Positions 62,497 through 64,000 of a stretch of DNA of 64,000 nucleotides are shown here, piece after piece. Below the pieces are notes generated by a model. The model saw only the letters and a list, made by a program, of their open reading frames with translations, was not told where the DNA came from and made no database searches. A program made the position numbers and the translations under genes. The DNA is taken from NCBI GenBank assembly GCA_964658305.1, contig OZ210885.1, forward strand, positions 10,788,001-10,852,000. The letters are read 5' to 3'. Source of the stretch: Leptogorgia sarmentosa. Its lineage: Eukaryota. Every line of letters starts with the position of its first letter. Position 1 is the first letter of the stretch.

Positions 62497-63280
62497 AAAT
62501 AGCAATCTCGAACTCGTAATCTTATTGTTAAGTAGAAAACAACCTTTGCGAATAGAATCGAGTAAAACCTCGCCAATTTACGACAGCTTTAGAACTTGGC
62601 AAAGTTATTTTACTGTTCTGAAAATGTATTTTCTACAAAAAACACATGATGGTGGGAAAAAAAGTTGTGGCGCCTTCGTATCTCGAAATTTGTTCGGGGT
62701 TTGCCCTGACATGCATTCCGTAGAAAATGTTATTTATCACGACCATTATTAACTAATGTAAAATGCATTGCAAGCATTTAGACTTTTGTTCAAGGACGAG
62801 ATTTCATTTAATTTAATTGTTTTAACCTGATCACTCTATTTCTAGCCCATGTTATTCGCAAATATATATTTTAATAAAAACTGCCTTCGCATACTTTAAT
62901 TTTAAAGGTTTCGCCGTCTTATACAAAATAGTATGGAATTTTTTCATATTCATTTTAAAATTATAGCTTTAGGTTATTGCGTCATCGCGGCTCGCACATT
63001 TCTGGTAATGAAAGAAAAATCCAGCAAGAAAAAAACTATTAATTTGGTTGATTTCTTCCTGACATGGTGTGAACAATGGGGATTTATTCCGAATTTGTTT
63101 CCCAATTTTCAAAATGAAGATTGGGACGAAGTTAATTTGCAATAATTCTAGAAATGCTTCATAACGTGTATGTGCATGTGCTGTTTTACATCATGAAATT
63201 TGAATTACAGCTCAACCTACAACAAGTAACACGCCCAAAAATAACATTTGAAAATCTCGTTTGGAAAATGATATACATAC

Positions 63281-63885
63281 CTTTTTGCCAGAAGCAACTA
63301 TGATATCATCCGAGCGGGGCACGAATTCTAACGCGGTAATGGAATCAGAACAAATGTTGTCATGTGACCATATTAACGTCGGCAAGTTTTCTTCAACATT
63401 CCAAAGCTTCACAGACCCACCGATAGACCCCGATGCAAAGCGACGTGAACTATCATGACCTCCTAGCTCGCCTTTAACTTGAGAAATAGCATCCTTGTGC
63501 GCTGGGAATTTCAACTGCGATTTATTGTTAAGATGGAAGCATAACAGTTCTCCGTCATCACAACCAAGCAATGCATAGTTTGAACCAAGAGCAGTAATGC
63601 AGTTTACTTTAACTTCTGGTTGACCCAAATCAATGCTGGCCTCGGTATCAATAAAAGTTCTTAGTTCGATCCTGTTTGCGTCGTCAACAAAAACGAAACG
63701 GACATCATCACTTAATAAGCACACAAAACGTATGGCGACTCCAGATTCGGTCTTTGCGAAGGTTTGAACTATTTTAGAACACTCTATGTCAACCAGTGAC
63801 AATGTTCCTGAACTGCTTCCAGACAGCGAAAATTTCCCATTTGATGTGATGTCAATTGCTGTAACTATCGAGTCGTCAGGGTGAC
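63281..63885 (-). CDS. WD40-repeat protein, internal exon
   Basis: TTTCAG|GT..., AAG|GTATGT; GH..VTAIDI, AHKDAISQV, FASGSIGGSVKLWNV repeats. Confidence 0.8.
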
Positions 63886-64000
63886 CTGAAAGAAGTAAAA
63901 CGTTTAAAGTCATTTGAAGTTGTCAAGTATATCAATTAATATTTTGTAAGTACAGCAAGTCAGTGAATAATACAAATTACCATAAACTTTTACGCCGGGC

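Overview
AT-rich, repeat-dense eukaryotic genomic DNA, most likely from an invertebrate animal (cnidarian-like, inferred from transposon types and tRNA arrays). The left half holds a decaying multi-isotype tRNA cluster (0.7-1.5 kb and 15.8-24.2 kb) inside nested inverted duplications, an intronless trypsin-like (Nal1/Ssy5-type) protease ORF, a CryptonA-type element, two further tyrosine-recombinase (YR) relics and a hAT transposase relic. The middle holds a near full-length CR1/L2-group LINE interrupted by a Tc1 element and a TTAA element, followed by CACTA/SAMD3-like debris. The right end holds three exons of a minus-strand WD40 gene. One of its introns carries a hAT MITE with an apparently intact Ngaro YR retrotransposon inside it. 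The most striking unexplained signal is in four unrelated Crypton-type terminal hairpins. They fold well on only one strand, using tandem GA/GA mismatches and GC-GNA-GC loops, which suggests a folded single-stranded DNA recombination substrate. All family assignments come from motif recognition by eye; no database searches were run.
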